64,000 nucleotides of DNA from Auanema rhodensis (GCA_964057225.1 OZ059897.1:2046001-2110000); one strand, 5' to 3'; shown: positions 11,001-26,630, counted from the first letter of the stretch. Numbers and translations: made by a program. The notes: generated by a model not told the origin, from the letters alone.

Positions 11001-13478
11001 ATTTAGAAATTTTTCGGGAAAATTTTTGTCAAAATGTTTTTGGAAGCAATGTTGAGTGTACATGGGAACTCAACATACACTAATGCATTATTTTTCAAAC
11101 GATCATAACTTATTTTTGTATAGAGCGTTTCTCAATGTAGTATAGTGCATTCGATGCGGATTTTTAAGCTGCGTCGATCTGTGTTATCAGATTTGAGTTA
11201 GCTTAAAAATGCACCGAGATATCAACTGATATAAGTTCACACTTATATCCTCGATTTTCACCCTGAAGAATTAATTTTTTCGTTGAATAACATTGTCCAT
11301 CGTCTTCGTCTTGAAAAAAGGAATCTAAAAACATCTACTTTTTGTGAAATTATTTAGAAATTTTTCGGGAAAATTTTTGTCAAAATGTTTTTGAAAGCAA
11401 TGTTGAGTGTACATGGAAACTCAACATACACTAATGCATCATTTTTCAAACGATCATAGCTAATTTTTGTATAGAGCGTTTCTCAATGTAGTATAGTGCA
11501 TTCGATGCGGATTTTTAAGCTGCGTCGATCTGTGTTATCAGATTTGAGTTAGCTTAAAAATGCACCGAGATATCAACTGATATATGTTCACACTTATATC
11601 CTCGATTTTCACCCTGAAGAAATGATTTTTTCGTTGAATAACATCGTCCATCGTCTTCGTCTTGAAAAAAGGAATCTAAAAACATCTACTTTTTGTGAAA
11701 TTATTTAGAAATTTTTCGGGAAAATTTTTGTCAAAATGTTTTTGGAAGCAATGTTGAGTGTACATGGGAACTCAACATACACTAATGCATTATTTTTCAA
11801 ACGATCATAACTTATTTTTGTATGGAGCGTTTCTCAATGTAGTATAGTGCATTCGATGCGGATTTTTAAGCTGCATCGATCTGTGTTATCAGATTTGAGT
11901 TAGCTTAAAAATGCACCGAGATATCAACTGATATATGTTCACACTTATATCCTCGATTTTCACCCTGAAGAAATGATTTTTTCGTTGAAAAACATTGTCC
12001 ATCGTCTTTGCCTTGAAAAAAGGAATCTAAAAACATCTACTTTTTGTTAAATTATTTAGAAATTTTTCGGGAAAATTTTTGTCAAAATGTTTTTGGAAGC
12101 AATGTTGAGTGTACATGGGAACTCAACATACACTAATGCATTATTTTTCAAACGATCATAACTTATTTTTGTATAGAGCGTTTCTCAATGTAGTATAGTG
12201 CATTCGATGCGGATTTTTAAGCTGCGTCGATCTGTGTTATCAGATTTGAGTTAGCTTAAAAATGCACCGAGATATCAACTGATATATGTTCACACTTATA
12301 TCCTCGACTTTCACCCTGAAGAAATGATTTTTTCGTTGAATAACATTGTCCATCGTCTTCGTCTTGAAAAAAGGAATCTAAAAACATCTACTTTTTGTGA
12401 AATTATTTAGAAATTTTTCGGGAAAATTTTTGTCAAAATGTTTTTGGAAGCAATGTTGAGTGTACATGGGAACTCAACATACACTAATGCATCATTTTTC
12501 AAACGATCATAACTTATTTTTGTATAGAGCGTTTCTCAATGTAGTTTAGTGCATTCGATGCGGATTTTTAAGCTGCGTCGATCTGTGTTATCAGATTTGC
12601 GCTAGCTTAAAAATGCACCGAGATATCAACTGATATATGTTCACACTTATATTCTCGATTTTCACCCTGAAGAATTAATTTTTTCGTTGAATAACATTGT
12701 CCATCGTCTTCGTCTTGAAAAAAGGAATCTAAAAACATCTACTTTTTGTGAAATTATTTAGAAATTTTTCGGGAAAATTTTTGTCAAAATGTTTTTGAAA
12801 GCAATGTTGAGTGTACATGGGAACTTAACATACACTAATGCATCATTTTTCAAACGATCATAACTTATTTTTGTATTAAGCGTTTCTCAATGTAGTAGAG
12901 TGCATTCGATGCGGATTTTTAAGCTGCGTCGATCTGTGTTATCAGATTTGAGTTAGCTTAAAAATGCACCAAGATATCAACTGATATATGTTCACACTTA
13001 TATCCTCGATTTTCACCCTGAAGAAATTGTCCATCGTCTTTGTCTTGAAAAAAGGAATCTAAAAACATCTACGTTTTGTGAAATTATTTAGAAATTTTTC
13101 GGGAAAATTTTTGTCAAAATGTTTTTGGAAGCAATGTTGAGTGTACATGGGAACTCAACATACACTAATGCATTATTTTTCAAACGATCATAACTAATTT
13201 CTGTAAATAGCGTTTCTCAATGTAGTATAGTGCATTCGATGCGAATTTTTAAGCTGCGTCGATCTGTGTTATCAGATTTGAGTTAGCTTAAAAATGCACC
13301 GAGATATCAACTGATATATGTTCACACTTATATCCTCGATTTTCACCCTGAAGAAATAGTTTTTTCGTTGAAAAACATTGTCCATCGTCTTTGCCTTGAA
13401 AAAAGGAATCTAAAAACATCTACTTTTTGTGAAATTATTTAGAAATTTTTCGGGAAAATTTTTGTCAAAATGTTTTTG
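5013..13478. repeat. 12-monomer (4191-bp) tandem duplication
   Basis: Private variants recur exactly 4191 bp apart (11x351+330): AATCTGAAAA at 6785/10976, AACTTTTTTTTG, CATCGTCC, TGCATCGATC, and the deletion monomers at 8776/12967. Confidence 0.93.
8776..9105. repeat. 330-bp monomer with 21-bp deletion (first of 18)
   Basis: Reads GAAGAAATTGTCC instead of GAAGAAA-TGATTTTTTCGTTGAATAACA-TTGTCC. Other copies start at 12967, 16807, 20296, 23434, 27625, 29710, 30040, 30721, 31051, 31732, 32062, 33095, 33425, 35861, 36191, 38627 and 38957. Confidence 0.97.
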
Positions 13479-14700
13479 GAAGCAATGTTGAGTGTACATG
13501 GGAACTCAACATACACTAATGCATTATTTTTCAAACGATCATAACTTATTTTTGTATAGAGCGTTTCTCAATGTAGTATAGTGCATTCGATGCGGATTTT
13601 TAAGCTGCGTCGATCTGTGTTATCAGATTTGAGTTAGCTTAAAAATGCACCGAGATATCAACTGATATATGTTTACACTTATATCCTCGACTTTCACCCT
13701 GAAGAAATGATTTTTTCGTTGAATAAAATTGTCCATCGTCTTCGTCTTGAAAAAAGGAATCTAAAAACATCTACTTTTTGCGAAATTATTTAGAAATTTT
13801 TCGGGAAAATTTTTGTCAAAATGTTTTTGAAAGCAATGTTGAGTGTACATGGAAACTCAACATACACTAATGCATCATTTTTCAAACGATCATAGCTAAT
13901 TTTTGTATTGAGCGTTTCTCAATGTAGTATAGTGCATTCGATGCGGATTTTTAAGCTGCGTCGATCTGTGTTATCAGATTTGAGTTAGCTTAAAAATGCA
14001 CCGAGATATCAACTGATATATGTTCACACTTATATCCTCGATTTTCACCCTGAAGAAATAGTTTTTTCGTTGAAAAACATTGTCCATCGTCTTTGCCTTG
14101 AAAAAAGGAATCTAAAAACATCTACTTTTTGTGAAATTATTTAGAAATTTTTCGGGAAAATTTTTGTCAAAATGTTTTTGGAAGCAATGTTGAGTGTACA
14201 TGGGAACTCAACATACACTAATGCATTATTTTTCAAACGATCATAACTTATTTTTGTATAGAGCGTTTCTCAATGTAGTATAGTGCATTCGATGCGGATT
14301 TTTAAGCTGCGTCGATCTGTGTTATCAGATTTGAGTTAGCTTAAAAATGCACCGAGATATCAACTGATATATGTTTACACTTATATCCTCGACTTTCACC
14401 CTGAAGAAATGATTTTTTCGTTGAATAAAATTGTCCATCGTCTTCGTCTTGAAAAAAGGAATCTAAAAACATCTACTTTTTGCGAAATTATTTAGAAATT
14501 TTTCGGGAAAATTTTTGTCAAAATGTTTTTGAAAGCAATGTTGAGTGTACATGGAAACTCAACATACACTAATGCATCATTTTTCAAACGATCATAGCTA
14601 ATTTTTGTATTGAGCGTTTCTCAATGTAGTATAGTGCATTCGATGCGGATTTTTAAGCTGCGTCGATCTGTGTTATCAGATTTGAGTTAGCTTAAAAATG
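13297..14700. repeat. Dimer (702-bp) tandem duplication
   Basis: An AATAGTT-type monomer followed by a GTTTACAC/AATAAAATT/TTTGCGAA-type monomer, twice (13297 and 13999). Confidence 0.88.
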
Positions 14701-17700
14701 CACCGAGATATCAACTGATATATGTTCACACTTATATCCTCGACTTTCACCCTGAAGAAATGATTTTTTCGTTGAATAACATTGTCCATCGTCTTCGTCT
14801 TGAAAAAAGGAATCTAAAAACATCTACTTTTTGTGAAATTATTTAGAAATTTTTCGGGAAAATTTTTGTCAAAATGTTTTTGAAAGCAATGTTGAGTGTA
14901 CATGGAAACTCAACATACACTAATGCATCATTTTTCAAACGATCATAGCTAATTTTTGTATTGAGCGTTTTTCAATGTAGTATAGTGCATTCGATGCGGA
15001 TTTTTAAGCTGCGTCGATCTGTGTTATCAGATTTGCGCTAGCTTAAAAATGCACCGAGATATCAACTGATATAAGTTCACACTTATATCCTCGATTTTCA
15101 CCCTGAAGAATTAATTTTTTCGTTGAATAACATTGTCCATCGTCTTCGTCTTGAAAAAAGGAATCTAAAAACATCTACTTTTTGTGAAATTATTTAGAAA
15201 TTTTTCGGGAAAATTTTTGTCAAAATGTTTTTGAAAGCAATGTTGAGTGTACATGGAAACTCAACATACACTAATGCATCATTTTTCAAACGATCATAGC
15301 TAATTTTTGTATAGAGCGTTTCTCAATGTAGTATAGTGCATTCGATGCGGATTTTTAAGCTGCGTCGATCTGTGTTATCAGATTTGAGTTAGCTTAAAAA
15401 TGCACCGAGATATCAACTGATATATGTTCACACTTATATCCTCGATTTTCACCCTGAAGAAATGATTTTTTCGTTGAATAACATTGTCCATCGTCTTCGT
15501 CTTGAAAAAAGGAATCTAAAAACATCTACTTTTTGTGAAATTATTTAGAAATTTTTCGGGAAAATTTTTGTCAAAATGTTTTTGGAAGCAATGTTGAGTG
15601 TACATGGGAACTCAACATACACTAATGCATTATTTTTCAAACGATCATAACTTATTTTTGTATGGAGCGTTTCTCAATGTAGTATAGTGCATTCGATGCG
15701 GATTTTTAAGCTGCGTCGATCTGTGTTATCAGATTTGAGTTAGCTTAAAAATGCACCGAGATATCAACTGATATATGTTCACACTTATATCCTCGATTTT
15801 CACCCTGAAGAAATGATTTTTTCGTTGAAAAACATTGTCCATCGTCTTTGCCTTGAAAAAAGAAATCTAAAAACATCTACTTTTTGTTAAATTATTTAGA
15901 AATTTTTCGGGAAAATTTTTGTCAAAATGTTTTTGGAAGCAATGTTGAGTGTACATGGGAACTCAACATACACTAATGCATTATTTTTCAAACGATCATA
16001 ACTTATTTTTGTATAGAGCGTTTCTCAATGTAGTATAGTGCATTCGATGCGGATTTTTAAGCTGCGTCGATCTGTGTTATCAGATTTGAGTTAGCTTAAA
16101 AATGCACCGAGATATCAACTGATATATGTTCACACTTATATCCTCGACTTTCACCCTGAAGAAATGATTTTTTCGTTGAATAACATTGTCCATCGTCTTC
16201 GTCTTGAAAAAAGGAATCTAAAAACATCTACTTTTTGTGAAATTATTTAGAAATTTTTCGGGAAAATTTTTGTCAAAATGTTTTTGGAAGCAATGTTGAG
16301 TGTACATGGGAACTCAACATACACTAATGCATCATTTTTCAAACGATCATAACTTATTTTTGTATAGAGCGTTTCTCAATGTAGTTTAGTGCATTCGATG
16401 CGGATTTTTAAGCTGCGTCGATCTGTGTTATCAGATTTGCGCTAGCTTAAAAATGCACCGAGATATCAACTGATATATGTTCACACTTATATTCTCGATT
16501 TTCACCCTGAAGAATTAATTTTTTCGTTGAATAACATTGTCCATCGTCTTCGTCTTGAAAAAAGGAATCTAAAAACATCTACTTTTTGTGAAATTATTTA
16601 GAAATTTTTCGGGAAAATTTTTGTCAAAATGTTTTTGAAAGCAATGTTGAGTGTACATGGGAACTTAACATACACTAATGCATCATTTTTCAAACGATCA
16701 TAACTTATTTTTGTATTAAGCGTTTCTCAATGTAGTAGAGTGCATTCGATGCGGATTTTTAAGCTGCGTCGATCTGTGTTATCAGATTTGAGTTAGCTTA
16801 AAAATGCACCAAGATATCAACTGATATATGTTCACACTTATATCCTCGATTTTCACCCTGAAGAAATTGTCCATCGTCTTTGTCTTGAAAAAAGGAATCT
16901 AAAAACATCTACGTTTTGTGAAATTATTTAGAAATTTTTCGGGAAAATTTTTGTCAAAATGTTTTTGGAAGCAATGTTGAGTGTACATGGGAACTCAACA
17001 TACACTAATGCATTATTTTTCAAACGATCATAACTAATTTCTGTAAATAGCGTTTCTCAATGTAGTATAGTGCATTCGATGCGAATTTTTAAGCTGCGTC
17101 GATCTGTGTTATCAGATTTGAGTTAGCTTAAAAATGCACCGAGATATCAACTGATATATGTTCACACTTATATCCTCGATTTTCACCCTGAAGAAATAGT
17201 TTTTTCGTTGAAAAACATTGTCCATCGTCTTTGCCTTGAAAAAAGGAATCTAAAAACATCTACTTTTTGTGAAATTATTTAGAAATTTTTCGGGAAAATT
17301 TTTGTCAAAATGTTTTTGGAAGCAATGTTGAGTGTACATGGGAACTCAACATACACTAATGCATTATTTTTCAAACGATCATAACTAATTTCTGTAAATA
17401 GCGTTTCTCAATGTAGTATAGTGCATTCGATGCGAATTTTTAAGCTGCGTCGATCTGTGTTATCAGATTTGAGTTAGCTTAAAAATGCACCGAGATATCA
17501 ACTGATATATGTTCACACTTATATTCTCGATTTTCACCCTGAAGAATTAATTTTTTCGTTGAATAACATTGTCCATCGTCTTCGTCTTGAAAAAAGGAAT
17601 CTAAAAACATCTACTTTTTGTGAAATTATTTAGAAATTTTTCGGGAAAATTTTTGTCAAAATGTTTTTGAAAGCAATGTTGAGTGTACATGGGAACTTAA

Positions 17701-20393
17701 CATACACTAATGCATTATTTTTCAAACGATCATAACTTATTTTTGTATAGAGCGTTTCTCAATGTAGTATAGTGCATTCGATGCGGATTTTTAAGCTGCG
17801 TCGATCTGTGTTATCAGATTTGAGTTAGCTTAAAAATGCACCGAGATATCAACTGATATATGTTTACACTTATATCCTCGACTTTCACCCTGAAGAAATG
17901 ATTTTTTCGTTGAATAAAATTGTCCATCGTCTTCGTCTTGAAAAAAGGAATCTAAAAACATCTACTTTTTGTTAAATTATTTAGAAATTTTTCGGGAAAA
18001 TTTTTGTCAAAATGTTTTTGGAAGCAATGTTGAGTGTACATGGGAACTCAACATACACTAATGCATTATTTTTCAAACGATCATAACTTATTTTTGTATA
18101 GAGCGTTTCTCAATGTAGTATAGTGCATTCGATGCGGATTTTTAAGCTGCGTCGATCTGTGTTATCAGATTTGAGTTAGCTTAAAAATGCACCGAGATAT
18201 CAACTGATATATGTTCACACTTATATCCTCGACTTTCACCCTGAAGAAATGATTTTTTCGTTGAATAACATTGTCCATCGTCTTCGTCTTGAAAAAAGGA
18301 ATCTAAAAACATCTACTTTTTGTGAAATTATTTAGAAATTTTTCGGGAAAATTTTTGTCAAAATGTTTTTGGAAGCAATGTTGAGTGTACATGGGAACTC
18401 AACATACACTAATGCATCATTTTTCAAACGATCATAGCTAATTTTTGTATTGAGCGTTTTTCAATGTAGTATAGTGCATTCGATGCGGATTTTTAAGCTG
18501 CGTCGATCTGTGTTATCAGATTTGCGCTAGCTTAAAAATGCACCGAGATATCAACTGATATAAGTTCACACTTATATCCTCGATTTTCACCCTGAAGAAT
18601 TAATTTTTTCGTTGAATAACATTGTCCATCGTCTTCGTCTTGAAAAAAGGAATCTAAAAACATCTACTTTTTGTGAAATTATTTAGAAATTTTTCGGGAA
18701 AATTTTTGTCAAAATGTTTTTGAAAGCAATGTTGAGTGTACATGGAAACTCAACATACACTAATGCATCATTTTTCAAACGATCATAGCTAATTTTTGTA
18801 TAGAGCGTTTCTCAATGTAGTATAGTGCATTCGATGCGGATTTTTAAGCTGCGTCGATCTGTGTTATCAGATTTGAGTTAGCTTAAAAATGCACCGAGAT
18901 ATCAACTGATATATGTTCACACTTATATCCTCGATTTTCACCCTGAAGAAATGATTTTTTCGTTGAATAACATTGTCCATCGTCTTCGTCTTGAAAAAAG
19001 GAATCTAAAAACATCTACTTTTTGTGAAATTATTTAGAAATTTTTCGGGAAAATTTTTGTCAAAATGTTTTTGGAAGCAATGTTGAGTGTACATGGGAAC
19101 TCAACATACACTAATGCATTATTTTTCAAACGATCATAACTTATTTTTGTATGGAGCGTTTCTCAATGTAGTATAGTGCATTCGATGCGGATTTTTAAGC
19201 TGCGTCGATCTGTGTTATCAGATTTGAGTTAGCTTAAAAATGCACCGAGATATCAACTGATATATGTTCACACTTATATCCTCGATTTTCACCCTGAAGA
19301 AATGATTTTTTCGTTGAAAAACATTGTCCATCGTCTTTGCCTTGAAAAAAGGAATCTAAAAACATCTACTTTTTGTTAAATTATTTAGAAATTTTTCGGG
19401 AAAATTTTTGTCAAAATGTTTTTGGAAGCAATGTTGAGTGTACATGGGAACTCAACATACACTAATGCATTATTTTTCAAACGATCATAACTTATTTTTG
19501 TATAGAGCGTTTCTCAATGTAGTATAGTGCATTCGATGCGGATTTTTAAGCTGCGTCGATCTGTGTTATCAGATTTGAGTTAGCTTAAAAATGCACCGAG
19601 ATATCAACTGATATATGTTCACACTTATATCCTCGACTTTCACCCTGAAGAAATGATTTTTTCGTTGAATAACATTGTCCATCGTCTTCGTCTTGAAAAA
19701 AGGAATCTAAAAACATCTACTTTTTGTGAAATTATTTAGAAATTTTTCGGGAAAATTTTTGTCAAAATGTTTTTGGAAGCAATGTTGAGTGTACATGGGA
19801 ACTCAACATACACTAATGCATCATTTTTCAAACGATCATAACTTATTTTTGTATAGAGCGTTTCTCAATGTAGTTTAGTGCATTCGATGCGGATTTTTAA
19901 GCTGCGTCGATCTGTGTTATCAGATTTGCGCTAGCTTAAAAATGCACCGAGATATCAACTGATATATGTTCACACTTATATTCTCGATTTTCACCCTGAA
20001 GAATTAATTTTTTCGTTGAATAACATTGTCCATCGTCTTCGTCTTGAAAAAAGGAATCTAAAAACATCTACTTTTTGTGAAATTATTTAGAAATTTTTCG
20101 GGAAAATTTTTGTCAAAATGTTTTTGAAAGCAATGTTGAGTGTACATGGGAACTTAACATACACTAATGCATCATTTTTCAAACGATCATAACTTATTTT
20201 TGTATTAAGCGTTTCTCAATGTAGTAGAGTGCATTCGATGCGGATTTTTAAGCTGCGTCGATCTGTGTTATCAGATTTGAGTTAGCTTAAAAATGCACCA
20301 AGATATCAACTGATATATGTTCACACTTATATCCTCGATTTTCACCCTGAAGAAATTGTCCATCGTCTTTGTCTTGAAAAAAGGAATCTAAAA

Positions 20394-23300
20394 ACATCTA
20401 CGTTTTGTGAAATTATTTAGAAATTTTTCGGGAAAATTTTTGTCAAAATGTTTTTGGAAGCAATGTTGAGTGTACATGGGAACTCAACATACACTAATGC
20501 ATTATTTTTCAAACGATCATAACTAATTTCTGTAAATAGCGTTTCTCAATGTAGTATAGTGCATTCGATGCGAATTTTTAAGCTGCGTCGATCTGTGTTA
20601 TCAGATTTGAGTTAGCTTAAAAATGCACCGAGATATCAACTGATATATGTTCACACTTATATCCTCGATTTTCACCCTGAAGAAATAGTTTTTTCGTTGA
20701 AAAACATTGTCCATCGTCTTTGCCTTGAAAAAAGGAATCTAAAAACATCTACTTTTTGTGAAATTATTTAGAAATTTTTCGGGAAAATTTTTGTCAAAAT
20801 GTTTTTGGAAGCAATGTTGAGTGTACATGGGAACTCAACATACACTAATGCATTATTTTTCAAACGATCATAACTTATTTTTGTATAGAGCGTTTCTCAA
20901 TGTAGTATAGTGCATTCGATGCGGATTTTTAAGCTGCGTCGATCTGTGTTATCAGATTTGAGTTAGCTTAAAAATGCACCGAGATATCAACTGATATATG
21001 TTTACACTTATATCCTCGACTTTCACCCTGAAGAAATGATTTTTTCGTTGAATAAAATTGTCCATCGTCTTCGTCTTGAAAAAAGGAATCTAAAAACATC
21101 TACTTTTTGCGAAATTATTTAGAAATTTTTCGGGAAAATTTTTGTCAAAATGTTTTTGGAAGCAATGTTGAGTGTACATGGGAACTCAACATACACTAAT
21201 GCATTATTTTTCAAACGATCATAACTAATTTCTGTAAATAGCGTTTCTCAATGTAGTATAGTGCATTCGATGCGAATTTTTAAGCTGCGTCGATCTGTGT
21301 TATCAGATTTGAGTTAGCTTAAAAATGCACCGAGATATCAACTGATATATGTTCACACTTATATCCTCGATTTTCACCCTGAAGAAATAGTTTTTTCGTT
21401 GAAAAACATTGTCCATCGTCTTTGCCTTGAAAAAAGGAATCTAAAAACATCTACTTTTTGTGAAATTATTTAGAAATTTTTCGGGAAAATTTTTGTCAAA
21501 ATGTTTTTGGAAGCAATGTTGAGTGTACATGGGAACTCAACATACACTAATGCATTATTTTTCAAACGATCATAACTTATTTTTGTATAGAGCGTTTCTC
21601 AATGTAGTATAGTGCATTCGATGCGGATTTTTAAGCTGCGTCGATCTGTGTTATCAGATTTGAGTTAGCTTAAAAATGCACCGAGATATCAACTGATATA
21701 TGTTTACACTTATATCCTCGACTTTCACCCTGAAGAAATGATTTTTTCGTTGAATAAAATTGTCCATCGTCTTCGTCTTGAAAAAAGGAATCTAAAAACA
21801 TCTACTTTTTGCGAAATTATTTAGAAATTTTTCGGGAAAATTTTTGTCAAAATGTTTTTAAAAGCAATGTTGAGTGTACATGGAAACTCAACATACACTA
21901 ATGCATCATTTTTCAAACGATCATAGCTAATTTTTGTATTGAGCGTTTCTCAATGTAGTATAGTGCATTCGATGCGGATTTTTAAGCTGCGTCGATCTGT
22001 GTTATCAGATTTGCGCTAGCTTAAAAATGCACCGAGATATCAACTGATATAAGTTCACACTTATATCCTCGATTTTCACCCTGAAGAATTAATTTTTTCG
22101 TTGAATAACATTGTCCATCGTTTTTGCCTTGAAAAAAGGAATCTAAAAACATCTATTTTTTGTGAAATTATTTAGAAATTTTTCGGGAAAATTTTTGTCA
22201 AAATGTTTTTGGAAGCAATGTTGAGTGTACATGGGAACTCAACATACACTAATGCATTATTTTTCAAATGATCATAACTTATTTTTGTATAGAGCGTTTC
22301 TCAATGTAGTATAGTGCATTCGATGCGGATTTTTAAGCTGCGTCGATCTGTGTTATCAGATTTGAGTTAGCTTAAAAATGCACCGAGATATCAACTGATA
22401 TATGTTCACACTTATATCCTCGACTTTCACCCTGAAGAAATGATTTTTTCGTTGAATAACATTGTCCATCGTCTTCGTCTTGAAAAAAGGAATCTAAAAA
22501 CATCTACTTTTTGTGAAATTATTTAGAAATTTTTCGGGAAAATTTTTGTCAAAATGTTTTTGAAAGCAATGTTGAGTGTACATGGAAACTCAACATACAC
22601 TAATGCATCATTTTTCAAACGATCATAGCTAATTTTTGTATTGAGCGTTTTTCAATGTAGTATAGTGCATTCGATGCGGATTTTTAAGCTGCGTCGATCT
22701 GTGTTATCAGATTTGCGCTAGCTTAAAAATGCACCGAGATATCAACTGATATAAGTTCACACTTATATCCTCGATTTTCACCCTGAAGAATTAATTTTTT
22801 CGTTGAATAACATTGTCCATCGTCTTCGTCTTGAAAAAAGGAATCTAAAAACATCTACTTTTTGTGAAATTATTTAGAAATTTTTCGGGAAAATTTTTGT
22901 CAAAATGTTTTTGAAAGCAATGTTGAGTGTACATGGAAACTCAACATACACTAATGCATCATTTTTCAAACGATCATAGCTAATTTTTGTATAGAGCGTT
23001 TCTCAATGTAGTATAGTGCATTCGATGCGGATTTTTAAGCTGCGTCGATCTGTGTTATCAGATTTGAGTTAGCTTAAAAATGCACCGAGATATCAACTGA
23101 TATATGTTCACACTTATATCCTCGATTTTCACCCTGAAGAAATGATTTTTTCGTTGAATAACATTGTCCATCGTCTTCGTCTTGAAAAAAGGAATCTAAA
23201 AACATCTACTTTTTGTGAAATTATTTAGAAATTTTTCGGGAAAATTTTTGTCAAAATGTTTTTGGAAGCAATGTTGAGTGTACATGGGAACTCAACATAC

Positions 23301-26300
23301 ACTAATGCATTATTTTTCAAACGATCATAACTTATTTTTGTATGGAGCGTTTCTCAATGTAGTATAGTGCATTCGATGCGGATTTTTAAGCTGCGTCGAT
23401 CTGTGTTATCAGATTTGAGTTAGCTTAAAAATGCACCGAGATATCAACTGATATATGTTCACACTTATATCCTCGATTTTCACCCTGAAGAAATTGTCCA
23501 TCGTCTTTGCCTTGAAAAAAGGAATCTAAAAACATCTACGTTTTGTGAAATTATTTAGAAATTTTTCGGGAAAATTTTTGTCAAAATGTTTTTGGAAGCA
23601 ATGTTGAGTGTACATGGGAACTCAACATACACTAATGCATTATTTTTCAAACGATCATAACTAATTTCTGTAAATAGCGTTTCTCAATGTAGTATAGTGC
23701 ATTCGATGCGAATTTTTAAGCTGCGTCGATCTGTGTTATCAGATTTGAGTTAGCTTAAAAATGCACCGAGATATCAACTGATATATGTTCACACTTATAT
23801 CCTCGATTTTCACCCTGAAGAAATAGTTTTTTCGTTGAAAAACATTGTCCATCGTCTTTGCCTTGAAAAAAGGAATCTAAAAACATCTACTTTTTGTGAA
23901 ATTATTTAGAAATTTTTCGGGAAAATTTTTGTCAAAATGTTTTTGGAAGCAATGTTGAGTGTACATGGGAACTCAACATACACTAATGCATTATTTTTCA
24001 AACGATCATAACTTATTTTTGTATAGAGCGTTTCTCAATGTAGTATAGTGCATTCGATGCGGATTTTTAAGCTGCGTCGATCTGTGTTATCAGATTTGAG
24101 TTAGCTTAAAAATGCACCGAGATATCAACTGATATATGTTTACACTTATATCCTCGACTTTCACCCTGAAGAAATGATTTTTTCGTTGAATAAAATTGTC
24201 CATCGTCTTCGTCTTGAAAAAAGGAATCTAAAAACATCTACTTTTTGCGAAATTATTTAGAAATTTTTCGGGAAAATTTTTGTCAAAATGTTTTTGGAAG
24301 CAATGTTGAGTGTACATGGGAACTCAACATACACTAATGCATTATTTTTCAAACGATCATAACTAATTTCTGTAAATAGCGTTTCTCAATGTAGTATAGT
24401 GCATTCGATGCGAATTTTTAAGCTGCGTCGATCTGTGTTATCAGATTTGAGTTAGCTTAAAAATGCACCGAGATATCAACTGATATATGTTCACACTTAT
24501 ATCCTCGATTTTCACCCTGAAGAAATAGTTTTTTCGTTGAAAAACATTGTCCATCGTCTTTGCCTTGAAAAAAGGAATCTAAAAACATCTACTTTTTGTG
24601 AAATTATTTAGAAATTTTTCGGGAAAATTTTTGTCAAAATGTTTTTGGAAGCAATGTTGAGTGTACATGGGAACTCAACATACACTAATGCATTATTTTT
24701 CAAACGATCATAACTTATTTTTGTATAGAGCGTTTCTCAATGTAGTATAGTGCATTCGATGCGGATTTTTAAGCTGCGTCGATCTGTGTTATCAGATTTG
24801 AGTTAGCTTAAAAATGCACCGAGATATCAACTGATATATGTTTACACTTATATCCTCGACTTTCACCCTGAAGAAATGATTTTTTCGTTGAATAAAATTG
24901 TCCATCGTCTTCGTCTTGAAAAAAGGAATCTAAAAACATCTACTTTTTGCGAAATTATTTAGAAATTTTTCGGGAAAATTTTTGTCAAAATGTTTTTAAA
25001 AGCAATGTTGAGTGTACATGGAAACTCAACATACACTAATGCATCATTTTTCAAACGATCATAGCTAATTTTTGTATTGAGCGTTTCTCAATGTAGTATA
25101 GTGCATTCGATGCGGATTTTTAAGCTGCGTCGATCTGTGTTATCAGATTTGCGCTAGCTTAAAAATGCACCGAGATATCAACTGATATAAGTTCACACTT
25201 ATATCCTCGATTTTCACCCTGAAGAATTAATTTTTTCGTTGAATAACATTGTCCATCGTTTTTGCCTTGAAAAAAGGAATCTAAAAACATCTATTTTTTG
25301 TGAAATTATTTAGAAATTTTTCGGGAAAATTTTTGTCAAAATGTTTTTGGAAGCAATGTTGAGTGTACATGGGAACTCAACATACACTAATGCATTATTT
25401 TTCAAATGATCATAACTTATTTTTGTATAGAGCGTTTCTCAATGTAGTATAGTGCATTCGATGCGGATTTTTAAGCTGCGTCGATCTGTGTTATCAGATT
25501 TGAGTTAGCTTAAAAATGCACCGAGATATCAACTGATATATGTTCACACTTATATCCTCGACTTTCACCCTGAAGAAATGATTTTTTCGTTGAATAACAT
25601 TGTCCATCGTCTTCGTCTTGAAAAAAGGAATCTAAAAACATCTACTTTTTGTGAAATTATTTAGAAATTTTTCGGGAAAATTTTTGTCAAAATGTTTTTG
25701 AAAGCAATGTTGAGTGTACATGGAAACTCAACATACACTAATGCATCATTTTTCAAACGATCATAGCTAATTTTTGTATTGAGCGTTTTTCAATGTAGTA
25801 TAGTGCATTCGATGCGGATTTTTAAGCTGCGTCGATCTGTGTTATCAGATTTGCGCTAGCTTAAAAATGCACCGAGATATCAACTGATATAAGTTCACAC
25901 TTATATCCTCGATTTTCACCCTGAAGAATTAATTTTTTCGTTGAATAACATTGTCCATCGTCTTCGTCTTGAAAAAAGGAATCTAAAAACATCTACTTTT
26001 TGTGAAATTATTTAGAAATTTTTCGGGAAAATTTTTGTCAAAATGTTTTTGAAAGCAATGTTGAGTGTACATGGAAACTCAACATACACTAATGCATCAT
26101 TTTTCAAACGATCATAGCTAATTTTTGTATAGAGCGTTTCTCAATGTAGTATAGTGCATTCGATGCGGATTTTTAAGCTGCGTCGATCTGTGTTATCAGA
26201 TTTGAGTTAGCTTAAAAATGCACCGAGATATCAACTGATATATGTTCACACTTATATCCTCGATTTTCACCCTGAAGAAATGATTTTTTCGTTGAATAAC

Positions 26301-26630
26301 ATTGTCCATCGTCTTCGTCTTGAAAAAAGGAATCTAAAAACATCTACTTTTTGTGAAATTATTTAGAAATTTTTCGGGAAAATTTTTGTCAAAATGTTTT
26401 TGGAAGCAATGTTGAGTGTACATGGGAACTCAACATACACTAATGCATTATTTTTCAAACGATCATAACTTATTTTTGTATGGAGCGTTTCTCAATGTAG
26501 TATAGTGCATTCGATGCGGATTTTTAAGCTGCGTCGATCTGTGTTATCAGATTTGAGTTAGCTTAAAAATGCACCGAGATATCAACTGATATATGTTCAC
26601 ACTTATATCCTCGATTTTCACCCTGAAGAA
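20394..26630. repeat. 9-monomer (3138-bp) tandem duplication
   Basis: TTTTTAAAAGC (monomers at 21679/24817), CTATTTTTTG (22030/25168) and the deletion monomers (20296/23434) are all 3138 bp apart (8x351+330). Confidence 0.88.

Noticed and set aside
6645-11063. 75-aa minus-strand ORFs (6645-6872, 10836-11063)
   Set aside because: They arise from one A116G change that removes a minus-strand TAG, duplicated with the 12-mer. Nearly all other monomers keep the stop, and the F/K/N-rich peptide reflects A/T tracts.
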